A stretch of 63,963 nucleotides of DNA, filler included, from Basidioascus undulatus (taxonomy: Eukaryota), in the NCBI GenBank assembly GCA_000826855.1. It is 3 parts of 3 records of this genome, joined end to end, with 100 filler letters (N's around TTAATTAATTAA, not from the genome) between each part and the next. Parts side by side here need not be neighbours in the genome. Positions count along the whole stretch, not along the records: positions 1 to 22,169 come from JTLS01000301.1; 2 more parts are not named here. The stretch is one strand, 5' to 3'. The translations under genes and the position numbers were made by a program. Below the pieces are notes generated by a model. That model was not told the DNA's origin and made no database searches. It saw only the letters and a program-made list of their open reading frames with translations. Of the stretch, positions 1 through 13,903 are shown piece by piece (within the stretch, counting starts at the first letter, position 1; each line of letters starts with the position of its first letter).

Positions 1-275
1 GACGTCTTTGTACAAGAAGGGCTCGATGATCCTATGCAGTCGCCAAGAAGTGAGCGCGAGACTGCGTGAGGCGGAGAGGAGTGTTTCGTCGGGTAATTCG
101 TATTGTCGTGATGAGAGGTGGAGGGTAAGGAGGTCTAAGGTTGATGCAGACCAGGACGATATACGAGAGTCTTGGCCGCCTGAGGGGACTTGGGGGAAAC
201 TCCCAACCCTGGAGATCCGGGCGACGATACTCCTGAGTGCGGTGCCAGCACAGCCTCAACTCAACTGCATCGTCA
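1..275 (-). pseudogene. F-box-like gene 5' fragment, disrupted, runs off the left edge
   Basis: Minus frame reads ALRSIVARIS...SASRSLALTSWRLHRIIEPFLYKDV, a fungal F-box-like L-x-L-x-S-R/W...P-x-LY pattern. A TGA follows the nearest ATGs. Confidence 0.5.
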
Positions 276-1637
276 TACTGTTCTCATACGCTAACTATAG
301 GTCAACATATTACTCTAAAATACATAACTAATGGTTCCCCAGCGGGTCGTCGATGAACAGGAAGAAGGCTGGTCGCCATCAAGCGGCGTCACTACCAAGT
401 TGTGAAGCATTGGGCGGCCCGTTTTGAGGGACCCTGGAGCACAGACGACACATCAGCATTGAATTATCAGGGAAGCTTAAAACTTCATCGACCGAAAGAT
501 AAGGAAAAGCGCGAGGAGGAGAAAGGCTGTTCGGGAAAGGAAGCCCAACCGTGTATTCAAAAATTTCGGCTGGACAGTCGGTGCGAACGCAACACCGCAA
601 AAACGCGTGCCCCCTAGAGATGCGTAAGCCAATTATTATATTCAAACCCCTCAGAAACTCACTTAAGATTCCACGACTCATCATCAGCGACAGAATCCTT
701 TAAGCATGCTGCTATCGGCGACTCTTCTTTCTCCAGACCTGTTCTGGTCTTGGGCAGCCGCCCACTAATCTGCCCCGATAATCAGTGTGCATGGTGAACG
801 AGCGGTGGGCGCCTTGATCTCAATTGCATTTCGCACAGTCATCGATACAGGTCAGATAGACATATCTTCATCGCAAGCCCCCCTGGAATTGCCGATACTC
901 CATTTGAAGGGTGGACATTGACCGTCAAGACCTTACATATCAGTTCAGACCACGGAAAGAAGAATGCAGTAAGATGCATCTGTATCAATGCTCGTGGTAT
1001 CCTGCAGCGTCCCAAATGATCCGCCTCCTTCTCCACCTCTGTCCCTTTGCGCAGGCGAGCTGTCGCATCCTGGCGGGAGCAGGACCCATGGAACACCCGT
1101 CCTCTGCAGATTTACCCGCCCAGTCTTACCTCGATCAGGCCCACTTGCGGTGACTCTTACGGACTAGGCTGGGGCCTCTCCAGGCTTTAAACCCTTGTTC
1201 GACAAGAAGAAGGTGTTCTTTCCTGCCCTCGAAGGCTCAGCGTCGACTACGCTCCTGCCACGGGCTGCTTTCGGGTTGGCTGCGCGACTTGTGCATTGGT
1301 GCCAACGTGTGCGGGGAGCTGCTCGAGGTATATAAGGAGCCGCTCTATGACTGTGAAGGATGCACCGCCTGTGACTATATCGACTGTTTCGCAGGTGGAG
1401 GCGGTAAGATGCAGCAATGTAGGCCTGCTTGCAGTGCGGTGCATGTTTGAAATCGCATCCTCCATGCAGCAGAGTGATGCGTGGTATTTGTGAGGGCAGC
1501 AATAGCCAGTAACTGCTGCCTTGTTGATTCTTAGAATCAGAAAACGTGACAAGGAACGGGAGCAGGCCAAAGAAGTAATATAATGTTTGGCGTCAGCGCC
1601 CGTGTCGACTTGTGTCGAGGCTCCACTCCAAACCATC

Positions 1638-2555
1638 ATGTCCACCGCCCATCGGCGCACCTCAACTCGATATCAGGCCCGCGACTCCCTTTCGACATCC
1701 TGAACCACATCGTCAGCTTTGTTGGGAAACTCCTCGTCACTCGCCTATACGCGCAACACGGCCACCCTCGCTTAGCTCTGCCTCGTCGATCGTGCACTCC
1801 ACTCTGTCGCCTAGCCGGCGTTGCACAGCTCAAGGTCGATCGGAGCAAAGCAGTTCAAGCACTACTACCATGCTCTTTCCCGAAATCGAAATCATGGGGC
1901 GGTCACACGCTTCCCCCTGCACGCTCGCTCGCTTTGGAGATCCCTACCGCTGGTGACCCGTTCTCGAGGGAACGCATCGGATGGCAGCTCGAGAAGCTCC
2001 GTCGCAAATCTCGTCATAGCCTGCGTCGTCTGGCGCTAAACATCCAGTATCTCGACTCATTTTTCGTTCCTCCACCCTTGTGGAAGGCTCTAACACTCGA
2101 CGAGCTCGTCCTCATGGGAGGGACGCTGCACCACGACCAAGAGTTTACCTTCCCTCCTTCCCTCAAGCGCCTTTATCTCCACGACATGACCTTTATCGCC
2201 CACCCACACTCAGACCGAGAAGCTCCTGGCATTGCCCCATCTCACACATCTCGTGTTCGCCGATGTCGATCTTCGAAACACCAAGCGGCAGACACTACCC
2301 CGCTTCCTCGAGCTCGTCCCGTCCCTCAAGCGCGTTCTAATTCTCCTCGATGTGTATCACGGATATGTTGATATGGCTGTCGATGAGCTGCAGCGGGATT
2401 TGGCGCGCGAGGGTGGCTGGGAGGAGTGCAAGGTGGAGGTGGTGACGTTGCAAGAACAGAGGAAGCGAGTGAAGAGTGACTTCAAGAGCTTTGCCATGCG
2501 CATGGCCGCTACTGGAGAGCTGTGGGAGTTGCCGGGCGAATTTTTGAAGCAATGA
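1638..2555 (+). pseudogene. F-box-like/RNI-fold protein pseudogene
   Basis: RLPFDILNHIVSFVG, then a shifted frame NSSSLAYTRNTATLA*LCLVDRALHSVA* (TAG at 1773-1775). LRR-like segments PPSLKRLYL, PHLTHLVF and PSLKRVLILL lie in different frames. C-terminal GELW motif. Confidence 0.7.
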
Positions 2556-3438
2556 AGCTATTTCGACCTTGATAAAGCTCCTACTGAGCTATCTTGCGCC
2601 TGCAACGGTTGTCTGATTGCTGCTTGATTATTCAGCAAAGTCATGAAGGCATTGAATGTCGAGCTGACCCTCATTTCACCCTTGTAAATTAATCTCTGGT
2701 GGCTCCCCTAGATACAGCAGATCTCCAAAGCATGTTCCCCCGACACGAAGGTCCCGACGTGTGTCCTTTCATTCAGGAAGCAACTACTCCCACTCAGGCG
2801 CTCTGGTTGATTTTGGATTCAGCCGATGTTCCAGGGTCGGTATGAAAGTATTTCAGTGTACAAACCTGGCCCATGCAGTGCACAGCAAACTCACAGACTG
2901 GCGCCCGGCAGCCCAGACCATGGAAGCCTTCCCAAAGCCTTCCCTCTTGGGGAGGGTTCAAGATTCGAAATATCTTCTAGTCAATTATTCCCGGATCAAT
3001 GTGGCGTGGGCAGGATGTGCGCGAAGTGAAGGGGCTTTTTTTGTTTTTATACGTACAAACGTCAACGTCAGAACAGTTGTGAGAACAGATGACAGCAGTG
3101 CACACTGTTGACACACAGCTCGCTGAGCGGTTCAGATCAGGGGGGTGTTTCCTTTTCTGCAGGGGAGACATTCGACCACCAATATTTTCTGTCCATCCTA
3201 CTCTCTGCAGTCTTCATGTTCCCAACCTACTCCTATTCGAGGTACTACAGCATACGGCCTGTTCGTCGTGCACTGCTGAAGGTCACATCGCAAGCTACAG
3301 GCTGCCGTTCGGTATTTGGACATCGGCACAAGAAGAAAATGAATGTTTACGAAAAGTTATATATCTAGTCAACTTTAACTTATTCAACAACTCTATCAAA
3401 CGACAAGGTAACACTGTTGTGAAGCTCAAAACCTCAAA

Positions 3439-5817
3439 TCACGCAGCATCAGGACCCTCCGTCGGTGAGGCCCGAGGGTTCCTCGGCACCAGCAAAAACA
3501 TCAGTGCACAAAAGCATGCAAGGACGAGCTGTCCCCACTTCCCGTCAGCTTCGTCCCGGCGTCCATGAGCCACTGCAACGAGAAGGGAACTCACCATCGT
3601 CCCCGGCAAGATCTGCACGCCCACGATTCCCGCCACTTCGCCGAAGATGAGGGGGCCGACACCGGACCCGATCAGGCCCAGACCTGGGTTTTTCCCAGTC
3701 AACAGCGTTTCTGGGACGTGTGGACGGACACAAGGGCCCACCAATCGTGATAGACACAATGGAGTTCTTCAAACTAGGGGGGACGCGAGCCGCAACGAGG
3801 GAGATGATGTTCGGCGTAATCGGTCTGTTTCGCCCTCCTCCCACACTCAAAATCCCTTACCGCACTTGACACACCTTAAACTCACCCAAGGAAGAATCCC
3901 GTAAAAGCGAGCGTCACAGCGTTTCCCGGGACGCTCGTCGTTCGCCAGAGCACGCCGAACAGCGCGGCGACGAGGACGAGCAGCGTGCTATTGGAGGGCT
4001 TTTCGCCGATCTTGTGCGACGGGATGGCGAGGAGGACGCGGCCGGTCGCGACTCCTGTACACATGGGAGGGAGCGCATAAGATCGGTGGAACGAGTGGGA
4101 GGGAGGAGCAGGTGCGGGGTGGGGGGTTGCGCACCTGCCCAGAACCCTGTCGGATTTAACAGAGGACCAGGTACCCAGAAGGTTTCAGTGAGATAGCTGG
4201 CGTGACGAGAAATCGTGGAATGAAAGGGAGAAGTGACGGGGCTTACCGGCGAGCTCATACTGAGATGTGCCATCCGGGGTGTCCTTGACCTGCAGCAAGT
4301 ACTCCGACAACCAGTTGCTCAAAGTGTCCTGAATCGCAAACGCAAGGATAATCATCCCGAACCCCAACCTTCCACCTTGCGTCAGCGCCCGAAGACCATC
4401 GAAACGGTTAGAGGACGGACCAAGCGACAGGCAATTTCAAAGACAGCTTCAGCCTTCCCGACGCCGAGTTCCCCGCCTGGGGCGACTCTTCCAAGGGCAG
4501 CTCGTACGAGGCGAAAATAAAGAATTGGAAGAAGGTGATGGTGACTGAGAGGGCGCTGCGGAGGGGCAGGGGAACGAGGAAGTTAGTTGACTTGCGGGTT
4601 CGGAAGGGGTGGAAGAGGGGAGGGAGAAGGAGAGGTGGGAGGGGTACGCACAAGGGGAACCAGTAATACTCGTTCCAGGGCGTGCCGTTCTGGGTGAGGG
4701 CGCCGACGATGAAGGGGGCGATCATCTGCATGTGGGCTGCGTGGTCAGTGAGGCGGAGTCGTGAGGCAGACAATGCCTGCAAGGGAGGGCGACCATACCG
4801 ATCCGATCTGGTCGAAGAGCACGTTAGCGTATATACGGGGGAACATTTGGTAGTCAAACACTCACAGAGAAAGACGAGTACACCATCGACATGAGCGGGC
4901 CGTCCTCGAGCTGTCGTCGAGGATCAATTTCGAGCGGGGTAGACAGGCCATAAGCGTAGACAGGCACTCACATGCGCAATAGCGGTGCTAGATGCAGCAT
5001 CCAGAAGGCCACCTCCAAGGCCAAGCAGAACGAGTGCAACGACGTAGGCTGCGAAGGGGGGCGCAAATCTTGCGAGCAGTGCACCTGCCCCATAGAAAGC
5101 GGCTGCTATCTGAATGTCAAGAGCGGGGCGTGTTCAGCCCAAGTCCCCAGTTGAGGCGCTGAGATCGGGTCCATACCATGAGTGTCCACCGCATTCCGAG
5201 ATGGTGCAGAAAGAAGGAAGCGGTCAGGGAAGAGATGCAGTAGCTGTGTGATGAAACCGAAAGTGAGTTTTTCGACGCTGAGGCCCGAGAGAACATAAGT
5301 CAAGAAGGAAGTCCCACCCGGCGATGTTAGCTAGAAATACGAAAGAGATGGTCTTGTACGAGACGTGGTAGAACGCTTCTAGTGCAGGGAGGTTGGCGCC
5401 GGTTGCGCTGTCGTTCAAACCGACTGCGAGCATCGTCAGGCAGCTCTGCCGAAGTGACCAGGATCAGTTGTAGCCAGCCCGGTCCGAGATGGAAATACTT
5501 ACAATAGCTATGATGACTGGTGTTTTTCGGATCCGGAAGCGGCCGAGGTGAAAATCACCATCGGGCTTCGTTTGTGAAGCGACGGACTGAGGGCGGAAAG
5601 GCCGTGTATTGTGCCCCAGAGCGCCATCTTGGGGCGGGCTGAGATCACTTATCTCAGAGCCGGACTTCTCTTTGTATTTGGTACGGAATATAGGTGAAGG
5701 AGGGACGAGGGTATCAGAGAGAGAAACAAAGGAATCGCCCGAGGTGGGCAGTGTGATCCGGATCGGCCGAGCGGCAGGGGAAGGAGGGGGGAGGAGATCA
5801 GGAGAAGGAGTGGACAT
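3439..5817 (-). CDS. MFS transporter (Bsc6/fucose-permease-like family), multi-exon
   Basis: Exons encode GLNDSATGANLPALEAFYHVSYKTISFVFLANIAG, GFGMIILAFAIQ and GLIGSGVGPLIFGEVAGIVGVQILP, with multiple hydrophobic helices and GT-AG introns. ATG at 5817, TGA at 3439. Confidence 0.85.
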
Positions 5818-6785
5818 CGCGTTGACTGAGCGCGAGAGGAGAGAGTACACGATGGAGGTTGTTTGATAGCCCGACGTGGACACAGGTCGAAAAAAGCGGA
5901 GGCGTCCCGAGCTCGTGCCATCGTGCATCGCTTATGAGAAACTCGCTGCGCCTACCGCGACGGTGCCGGGTAGCGCCAGGCATTGCGTGCTCTGTGCGTG
6001 GGGGACAAGTGATAATTAAACGGAGTCTTTCCCAGAATAATATGCTTGCCATCAAGATCGCCAGCGAGGGCGACTACACCGCGAGGATTGCTGCGGGCAG
6101 TGGGACCGAGCTGGCTGGTCGGGGACATTGCAGTCTACGGCAACGCGCTAGTAATTTGGGCAAACTGCGAGGCTACAAGGCTACCGCGTCATTCAATCAT
6201 AGACAACTCGATCATAATTAATTCACCGAATTGTGAACAATGTTGATCACTTTTAAGACTGCGGCTGGTCGGCAAGGCAGAACGTGCGTAAAGCGTGAGG
6301 TAAAGATGGACGTTGGGTTGAGAAGGCAATGAATGGAAAATGAGATCTGCCTCGATGTGCTCCGCTAGTGCCCATGCACGTCCCAATATTTCGTACCCGT
6401 AGAGCTTCGAGTTGATTAGATCAACGTCTATATAGGGTTTGTGCTTGTCCTATGCACGCAGGCGACGCTGTTCCCTCCAACGGCGCTGTCTGTGGGTTCG
6501 ACAGCTAGTTCAGATCTGCATCGCGGGCTCAACATTTCTTCGCATTGCTGTTATTTTTCTACTTTCCTGTGATGAATAGTGACCCTACAGGTAGGCTAAA
6601 CAGTCCGGACTGACGTCGGGGTAGACAGGGTGCCTTGTCTTGTTTACGGGAAGCAGGCCATATGACGCAGAACACAACCATTTTTATTCAAGCAAGGCGA
6701 GCGTATGAATATATCAAAGATGACCTTCGTGACACCCAAGAAGTGATTGCCTTGTTCCCAAAACTCCCTCTCCTCGCCCCTTGAC

Positions 6786-7580
6786 TCACTCATCGTCCCC
6801 GCCATCACTGCCACTGCCACTGCCTGACCCCTCCTCCTCCTTGTCGCCCTCGCCATCCTTTGGCGCTTCGATAACGCCGTAGCCAAGCGCCGCCCCAGCT
6901 GAACCGAAAGCCAACCTCCCTCAGTGCTCAGGTCGGCGGTGAATAGCTTCCTGAAAGACGCACAGAGTACGCCGGCCTCCGCAGCCATCATACCAGTCTT
7001 CGTTGCGTCTTTCTTGGCTTCCTTCTCGGCGTCGATGTACCCACCACCTCCAGCATACGCTCCGGGAGTGCCTCCGCGGGGTAGAGGGTACCTCAAAAAT
7101 GGAAGAAGAACGAACGTCAGCAACTCGTAGTGTGGTTGGGCTGTGAAACAGAGAAAACGCACCCTTCACCGCTGTATCCACGCTCCTGCGGTGGTGCCGT
7201 AGTATCCCTGCTGAGGCGGAGGCCTAGAGAATCGAATAACACCTCTTCAGTACTTCTCATTTGAGCAAGTGGAGGCACGGGCCGAAGAACGCACACTTCA
7301 CCGCCGTATCCACCCTCCTGCGGCGGCGCCCTGTTCCCATACCCCTGCTGCCCACGGCAGGGGGCGAACATGACCTGACCAGTCTGGACGTTCACCTGGC
7401 TGTACACAAAAAATCCCGGCCCATGAGACATATCTCGTTCGGGGAAGGCGTTGTCGGTAGACTCACCACACGAGCCTCCCAACCGGGCGCCAGCGAGGCA
7501 ACTTGATAATGCGTCTGCTGAGCCTGAATGAAGTCTACTTTTCGGCAGCAGGGCATTACAGCGCACGAACAGTGGTACAT
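6786..7580 (-). CDS. Small WW-domain-like, Gly/Tyr/Pro-rich protein (possibly degenerate)
   Basis: LAPGWEARV, then an intron, then VNVQTGQVMFAP (WW-like). Followed by PPQEGGYG repeats, KKDATKTGMMAAEAGV, GAALGYG and an acidic tail GSGSGSDGGDDE*. Start uncertain. Confidence 0.5.
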
Positions 7581-8886
7581 ATGGGAGAGTCAGTGAGGCT
7601 GTGCTGCAGACGGACGGATTTCCAACAGCGCAGTGAGTGGGTCGTTGTGGACATAACAAGGCATATTCTCCCAGCCTAGAAAATGTGTAATTTGGTAATA
7701 CATGAGTGGTACAATGCAAGAAACGAATTACCGCAGCGGCTGTCGATATCACACTTCTTCCAAATGCACCATAGCCTCAGTGAGCTCCTCTTGACCAATA
7801 GAAGACGTGAACTCGCGACTCACTTACAGTCTGAAAGGCTCTTTAGAGCACCGGTGTGCGGAGCAGTCCTCTGACCTCTCGCTCGACCTCCTGTGCGAGC
7901 TCCTCGTCGAACTCGTCCGATCCTGGCGATCCGATGAAAAAAGGCGAAGCAAGATCTGGTTTGAGGGTGCGTGCTGCTTTCTGAACCAGAATCAGTCTGG
8001 ATTCTTTCCAAGGGAGAGTTATCAGAGGGAGGCGTACTCTGGGCTGCTCAGGACCGATGTGGGAGGAGTGACGGAGACCTCCCCTGTTTTATCATTGACG
8101 AAGACCTGTGCAATGAACACTTTCAGCTTCTTCAACCTTCAACCTTTGACTGACTGCAGAATAAGGAGTAAGGGACGTACCACACGAGCGGACTAATTTA
8201 GCGGCAGCTGCTCCCAGTGCGTGTGATGTGCGGCCTCGCGCATGTCGCTGTGCAAGATGTGTAGTTGAGGAGACATTTCTTTGCGTGCAGTGGATTGTGG
8301 ATTGATGGTGCAGCAGCGAAGGTCGATGTGCGAGCTGAAGAAATATGCTGCATCCCCGCTGCAATCTCGGGATCGGGACATACCGGAAGCGAACGAGCGG
8401 GAGTCTCCCTTGCCACTGCGGGTTGTGGGACGAGGAGAACGAGGCTGCACGAATGCAAATATTCCGCTTCGCAGTGCTTCGCGCCTCTGCCACTTTTGTC
8501 CAGTATCGATCCGGCCCCAGACAGTATCCCTTTCAAGCCTCATGCAACCGAGTAGCGTTGAGTAGCGCAATATTTGCTGACGCCAAGATACCACTGAATT
8601 CGGGGCGAAGGTAGAGGATTGCGGAGTTCGGGGAGTCCGACTGCTTCCAGCGTCGAGTGAGCACAACACAGGCCGCCGTGACCTCAGATTCAGGGTACAG
8701 TCAATGGGGTCAAGCAAAGCTTTCAAACGTATCATCAGAAAGCGCCCGTACGTCCAGCGAAGGTGACACCACATAAAGGAGAAACGATGGGAGACTGGAA
8801 AACTGGCTGGCGAGAAGAAAGGAAAGTCCGCAGGCAAGTCTAGGAAATCGAATCGGACTGTTCGGGCATGACAGACAAGGGGACGC

Positions 8887-11800
8887 TCAGAGGCCTGCGC
8901 CTTTGTCGACGGGGGCGTTGAGTAGCTCTGAAGGCAAGAATGGAAATTAGCGGGGCGGTCTCACAGACCAGAAAGAGGGGACGACGCACTCTCCGCCTCG
9001 TCTTTGTCCAACTTGTCCTCCTCCCCATCGCTGCCGTGCGCTTTCAGGAACGCCTCGACCTCGTCGAGCACGCCCTGGTCATCCTCGCCGCCATCGTCGC
9101 CTAGCAAGTCCGCGTCATCATCGAGGCCCTCCTCGTCGTCGTCGCCGACGTCGTCGATCGCGAACGGCGTGCGCTCCGCCAGCGCCTCCTGCGCTGCGCG
9201 GATCGCGTCGACCGGTCCGCCGAGGAGAGGTTCGTCCCGCTCGGATTCGGACTCCTTGGGCGGAGGCGTGGGAGCTGCAGAAGGAGGAAGAGGGCAAGGC
9301 GTGCGAGAGCGGGGTGACGTTGGAGCTGCCGGTTGAGGAGAGGGCGACAGGGAAGGGGACGTGACGGATGCCTTGCGCATTGAAGGCGTGAGGAGTGACT
9401 CGCGCGCGGCAGGTTCTTGCAGCGGAGCGTTCGGGTCGATGCGTCCGATGCTGGGCCGTGCCTTGACCTGTAGAAAGTAACAGCCAGGTCAGCAACAGTG
9501 GCCTACACATGTCTTTCCCGCTCGCGGGCAGCAATCGCACCTGGTGCTTGCCCAGGCTCTTCCCGATCTCGTCCGCAAACTTGAAGAAGCTGTTCTTGTT
9601 CTCCTTGGACAGCAGGCCGCCTAGCAGGCCGCCGATCAGTCCTTGGCCACCGAGAGGCTTGCCGGGCGCGTCGGCGACGGGCTCCAATCGGAACGAGGCA
9701 GTCAGGTCCGAGTCGAAGAATGCCTCCAGAACTGCGAGATGTGGAGTAGGTCTCAGCATCAGTCGACACAGGGCAGAGCCATTCCCACGCACGCTCGTCT
9801 GCAAGCACGACCATCCGGAACGTCGCGAGGTTCATATAAGGTCTGTAACCTCAAATGTCAGCAGGAAACTTTATGCATCGGGAGTGGCACCTTGACCGCT
9901 TACACGTTGCTGGGCAACTCGCCGTCCGTCTTCTCGACTTTCTCAGGGGGAAGCAGCGAGTCCGCGAACCTGCACAGGACCAACAAAGCGTTAGCATCGC
10001 ACAATCACGTCAAGAGTGTCCCAGTACGCACTCGAATGCGTTGGTCATGAACTTGCTGACAGCGCCGAGGTAGACATCGCCAGGCTCAGCTCGGAAGATG
10101 AACTGCGTGATGCAACGGCATAATCAGCACCAACTGCGAAACTCAAACCGTGAAAAGACTGCCTTACCAGCAGACTCTCCGAAAGCTGCAGCAGCTCGTC
10201 CTTCGTCAAGGATCCGTCCTTGTCCTGTGCGTGACCAGTCCGGGATTCAGATCCACCTGACGATCAATACCTGACATGTTCAGGTAGGAGCACGCACCTT
10301 GTCATGCAAGGAGAAGAACCACTCGATGTTCTCCATCAGGCCGTTGTGCATGACGACGTCGAGACCGCTAACGATGTCCTGCGGGCGGCCATCCCATGGC
10401 CAAAGTTAGCTAGTACGCTCTTCCCATTTGCCTGACCTTCCCTCTTCCCCTCCGCACCCATCGTGCATTATACGCACCTGCAGCCCCAGCGCGCCCCGCC
10501 CATGCGAGTCCCACGCGTAAAATATCCTCTGCACAAGCTCATGGTCCGCGAGCTCGCGCTCCGTGCGCTCCTGGAACCCGTTCGAAACGACCTTCTCGTC
10601 GCGCGCCCAGGAGCACACGTCCGCGAGGAAGATCTTGAACGTGGGGAGGTCGATCACGGTCTCTGTCCGGCCCGTGTCGCGCGCGGTGGACGTCGACGCG
10701 GAGGAGGCGGAGGTTACGGAGGGGGCTGGTGAAGCAGGCGTCGTTGTCGAGGAGGAGGAAGGCGTCGAGCGCGGGAGGGCGGAGAGAGGTGTGGGCGTCG
10801 TGCAGAGCGCGTGGAAGTAATGGTCGTAGATGAGGGAGATCTGTTCCGTGCGACATATCGGGATTTAGCGCTACCCCTCAAGACAACTATCCCGTGGCAA
10901 CGCACCTCGTCCTTGTCGAAGCTCCCCGTGTTCTTTAGGTTCCGAATCGCAGCGCGCTTGCTGAAGTTCTCAATGCTCTGGACGATCTCGCCCCTGAACC
11001 GTTTCCGCTCCGCGGCAATCGTCTCTTCCGTAATGACGCTGAACTGTTCCCCCACAAGCCTCTTGCTGTCAGACCTAACCGCCGGGATTCGCCTAGATAG
11101 GAGGAGCTCCGAAGGAAGGACTGACCTCGCGGAAAGCAACGACGAGCAGCTCGCTGAAGTTGGTGATATTGCGGACGCGAGGATCCGGCGAGTTGGGCTG
11201 GACGGACTCGCCGAGCGTGGAGAAGTAGTCGCGGAGGATGCTGCGTCGATCAACCGGTCAGCATCTCATCCTCATCCCGCGTCGCCAGGGTAACCCCATC
11301 AACGCACTTGAGTACCATCCCGTCATCCGTTGCCTCCAGCAGCTTCTCCCCGTTGATCTTCAGCACCGCGAGGCTGGATCGAGCTCCATCAATCAGCCAC
11401 TGTTGAAAGAGGATGGAGACGGCCTGAAAGGGAGCGAGCAACGCACCCGACCTGGAAGAGCACCTTGCTCCCCATCGCGAAAAAGCAGTCTGCGATGCGG
11501 AACGCGAATACGAGGGGCATTGAGTTGATGTACAGGCTCAGGAACCACGGCAGGCTCGCAACGCTGAGCTGAACGTCGACGGCGGCGAAGTGGTCGTGGA
11601 TAATCCTTCATTCGCACAAGCCAGACGGCCAGCCTGTCAGTTTTCCGATGGAATGACGCAGAGAGGTGGAGATGAGAGGGGCAGAGAGGACGCACGGGAG
11701 TGTGCGCTGTACAAGGTGCTCGAAGACTTTTTGGTCGAGGAGCGTGCCGTGCATGGAAGAACTGTGCGGACCGGAGCGTCAGCATTTCATTTGAGCGGCC

Positions 11801-13692
11801 AAGAGACGGACGCACGAGTAGTAGCCTGGCAACAAGCGGTTGCACAGCCGCTCAAGCAGCCAGAACGCCTGTTCTTCGGACATGTAGCTTTGGCGGGAGA
11901 CGAGCTGTCAGTTTCAGGTCGCTCTCAAACCATGGACCGGCTCGAAAAGCGTACATCAGGATAGCGGCGACCTAACCCCTCCAGTACCAGTCAGTTGCAC
12001 TGTCCCTCTGCAACCCTTGTTCTCGGGACACGCACAAGGATGTTCATCGCTTGGCAGTACCCAAGTTCCTGCACCCATTCCCCGCACCGTTCAGCCAACT
12101 CGACCAAACCCGCCAAGCAAAAGCGCAGGCGTACAGGGTTCCGCCAGCTGTACGCGGTCAACACCCTACGGAGCGCGCCGATGCCCTCCGGGTCCTGGTA
12201 CGCGACGTACTCCGGCAGACTGCGGTTCAGGTCTTTCTCGATCTCCTCGGTCGCCATGCTGTGTCCGTTCTTCCCATGTCGGTCACAGACAAACGAGGGA
12301 ATGGGAAAGTAACAGGATGGGGGGAGCGCACCTAGTCCTCCCCTCGTTCTCCTTCAAGATCTGCTGATACACCCCCTGATTCGCGAAGCGGAGGTAGATC
12401 GAGCCGGAGAGGACCTCCCACATCTCACCGCGGAGGCGGTTGGGCAGGCCGACTTGTACTGTGGTCGGCACGCAGCAATTGTGGGCACCCTTGTCAGTTG
12501 GCGTTGGCGGAAGGAGGGGAAGAGGGGAGGACGGACCGAGACGCTGGAATTGCGGGTACCGGATGAGCGTGAGGTTCCGTCCGTGCACGCGCAGGTACTC
12601 TTTCCAGAGCTTCATCTTGGAGCGTTCGCGGAGCCTACGTGTCAAGTACACAGCTTATCAGTATACCTCGCAAGAGTGCAGTCGCGTCAAGAAGACGGTC
12701 AGCGCACTTCTTAGCGTCACCCGGGAACTTAAACTGTCCAACCCCGCCCTAATCAGCACCCGCGCTCCGACCCACAACCTCTACAGCGCAGCACGTACCT
12801 TCAGCCCCAGCCCACCATGGTACTCCCTCTCCTCCGCGGCCGCCACGCCCTCGTCCTCCCCGGTTTTCTCCAAGATCTCCAGGCTCCCGTCCTCGCGCTC
12901 GCCCTTGTCCTTCTCGCCCGTGTCCTCCGCGAGGTCGCCAACAGCGACCTCCGAGTAGCACGTCTTGACGAAGGGGCGGACCTCCTTCATCGCCGGCAGC
13001 TGCGCCTTAAGGCTCGTGCGCAGGTGCGCGCAGAACGCCTCGGACGCAGGCCGGAGCGCATTGAGTTGCACAACCTACACCCACCACTCCGCGTTCCACC
13101 TCAGCTCAGCACTTCGGAGGGAAAGGTGTAAGGCAAGACGCACGATCTTCATCCCGTGCCAGACGACGAGGCTGAGCGCGAACGCGCCCGCGCCGACACC
13201 TCCGGGTCCCCCACGCGCGGTGTTGAGCCGCTCAACACGCCGGATGACGTGGAGCGGGAGGGTAGCCTTGCACGAGCGCCGGTCGAGAGAGACGAAGGTG
13301 AGGAAGCGCGAGTAGAGCGTGAGCTTGCCGGACTGTTCGACCCTCACACACGATCAGCGGCTGCCCAGGGGCTCCCAATAGAGAAGGAAGAGAGCACGCA
13401 CGTAAATCTCCCCCACCCCCTGCACGCCAAACACGGCGTTGAGCTCGCTCAGCGGCAGACCTGTCCACCCGCATGCCCCATTCAGTCGACCCTCCTTTCC
13501 CTTTTCCAGCCTCGCATCCCGCGACTGACCCGCATCGTCCGGTAAGGCAAACGCGTCCCGCAGCACGTCGTCCCTCGTTGGGTCCTTGTGCCCGCGCAGG
13601 ACGGTGAGCTGCGCCCTGCACACGAGCGTCGGGCAAGCGTCAGCATCGGGATTGCATCCGGGCGAGACACCCGGGGGGTTCTGGACGCACAT
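8887..13692 (-). CDS. GYP2: Rab GTPase-activating protein (GRAM + TBC + EF-hand), Gyp2/Mdr1-like
   Basis: TBC motifs [44 protein letters not shown] and [13 protein letters not shown]-like [22 protein letters not shown]-hand-like [18 protein letters not shown]. Many GT-AG introns. Confidence 0.92.
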
Positions 13693-13865
13693 CTGGGGGT
13701 GATGATGGTGATCGAGGGGGAAGAGAGCGCGCGGGGTAATTCTACTACGATATGAGAGTGTTCTAGGTGCGATGTGGATTGAGATGAATGGTGCTGCGCA
13801 ACCGGGCGATAGGCGGCAGTCGCGCTGTGGAAGCGAACAGCCGGCGTCCCCGAGGCGCGCCCGCG

Positions 13866-13903
13866 ACGGTGCTTCCACGGTGCTTCCACGGTGCTTCCAT
13901 GGT
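13866..13903. repeat. 11-bp tandem repeat (ACGGTGCTTCC x3 plus partial) upstream of the GYP2-like gene
   Basis: Direct reading: acggtgcttcc acggtgcttcc acggtgcttcc atggt. Confidence 0.9.
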
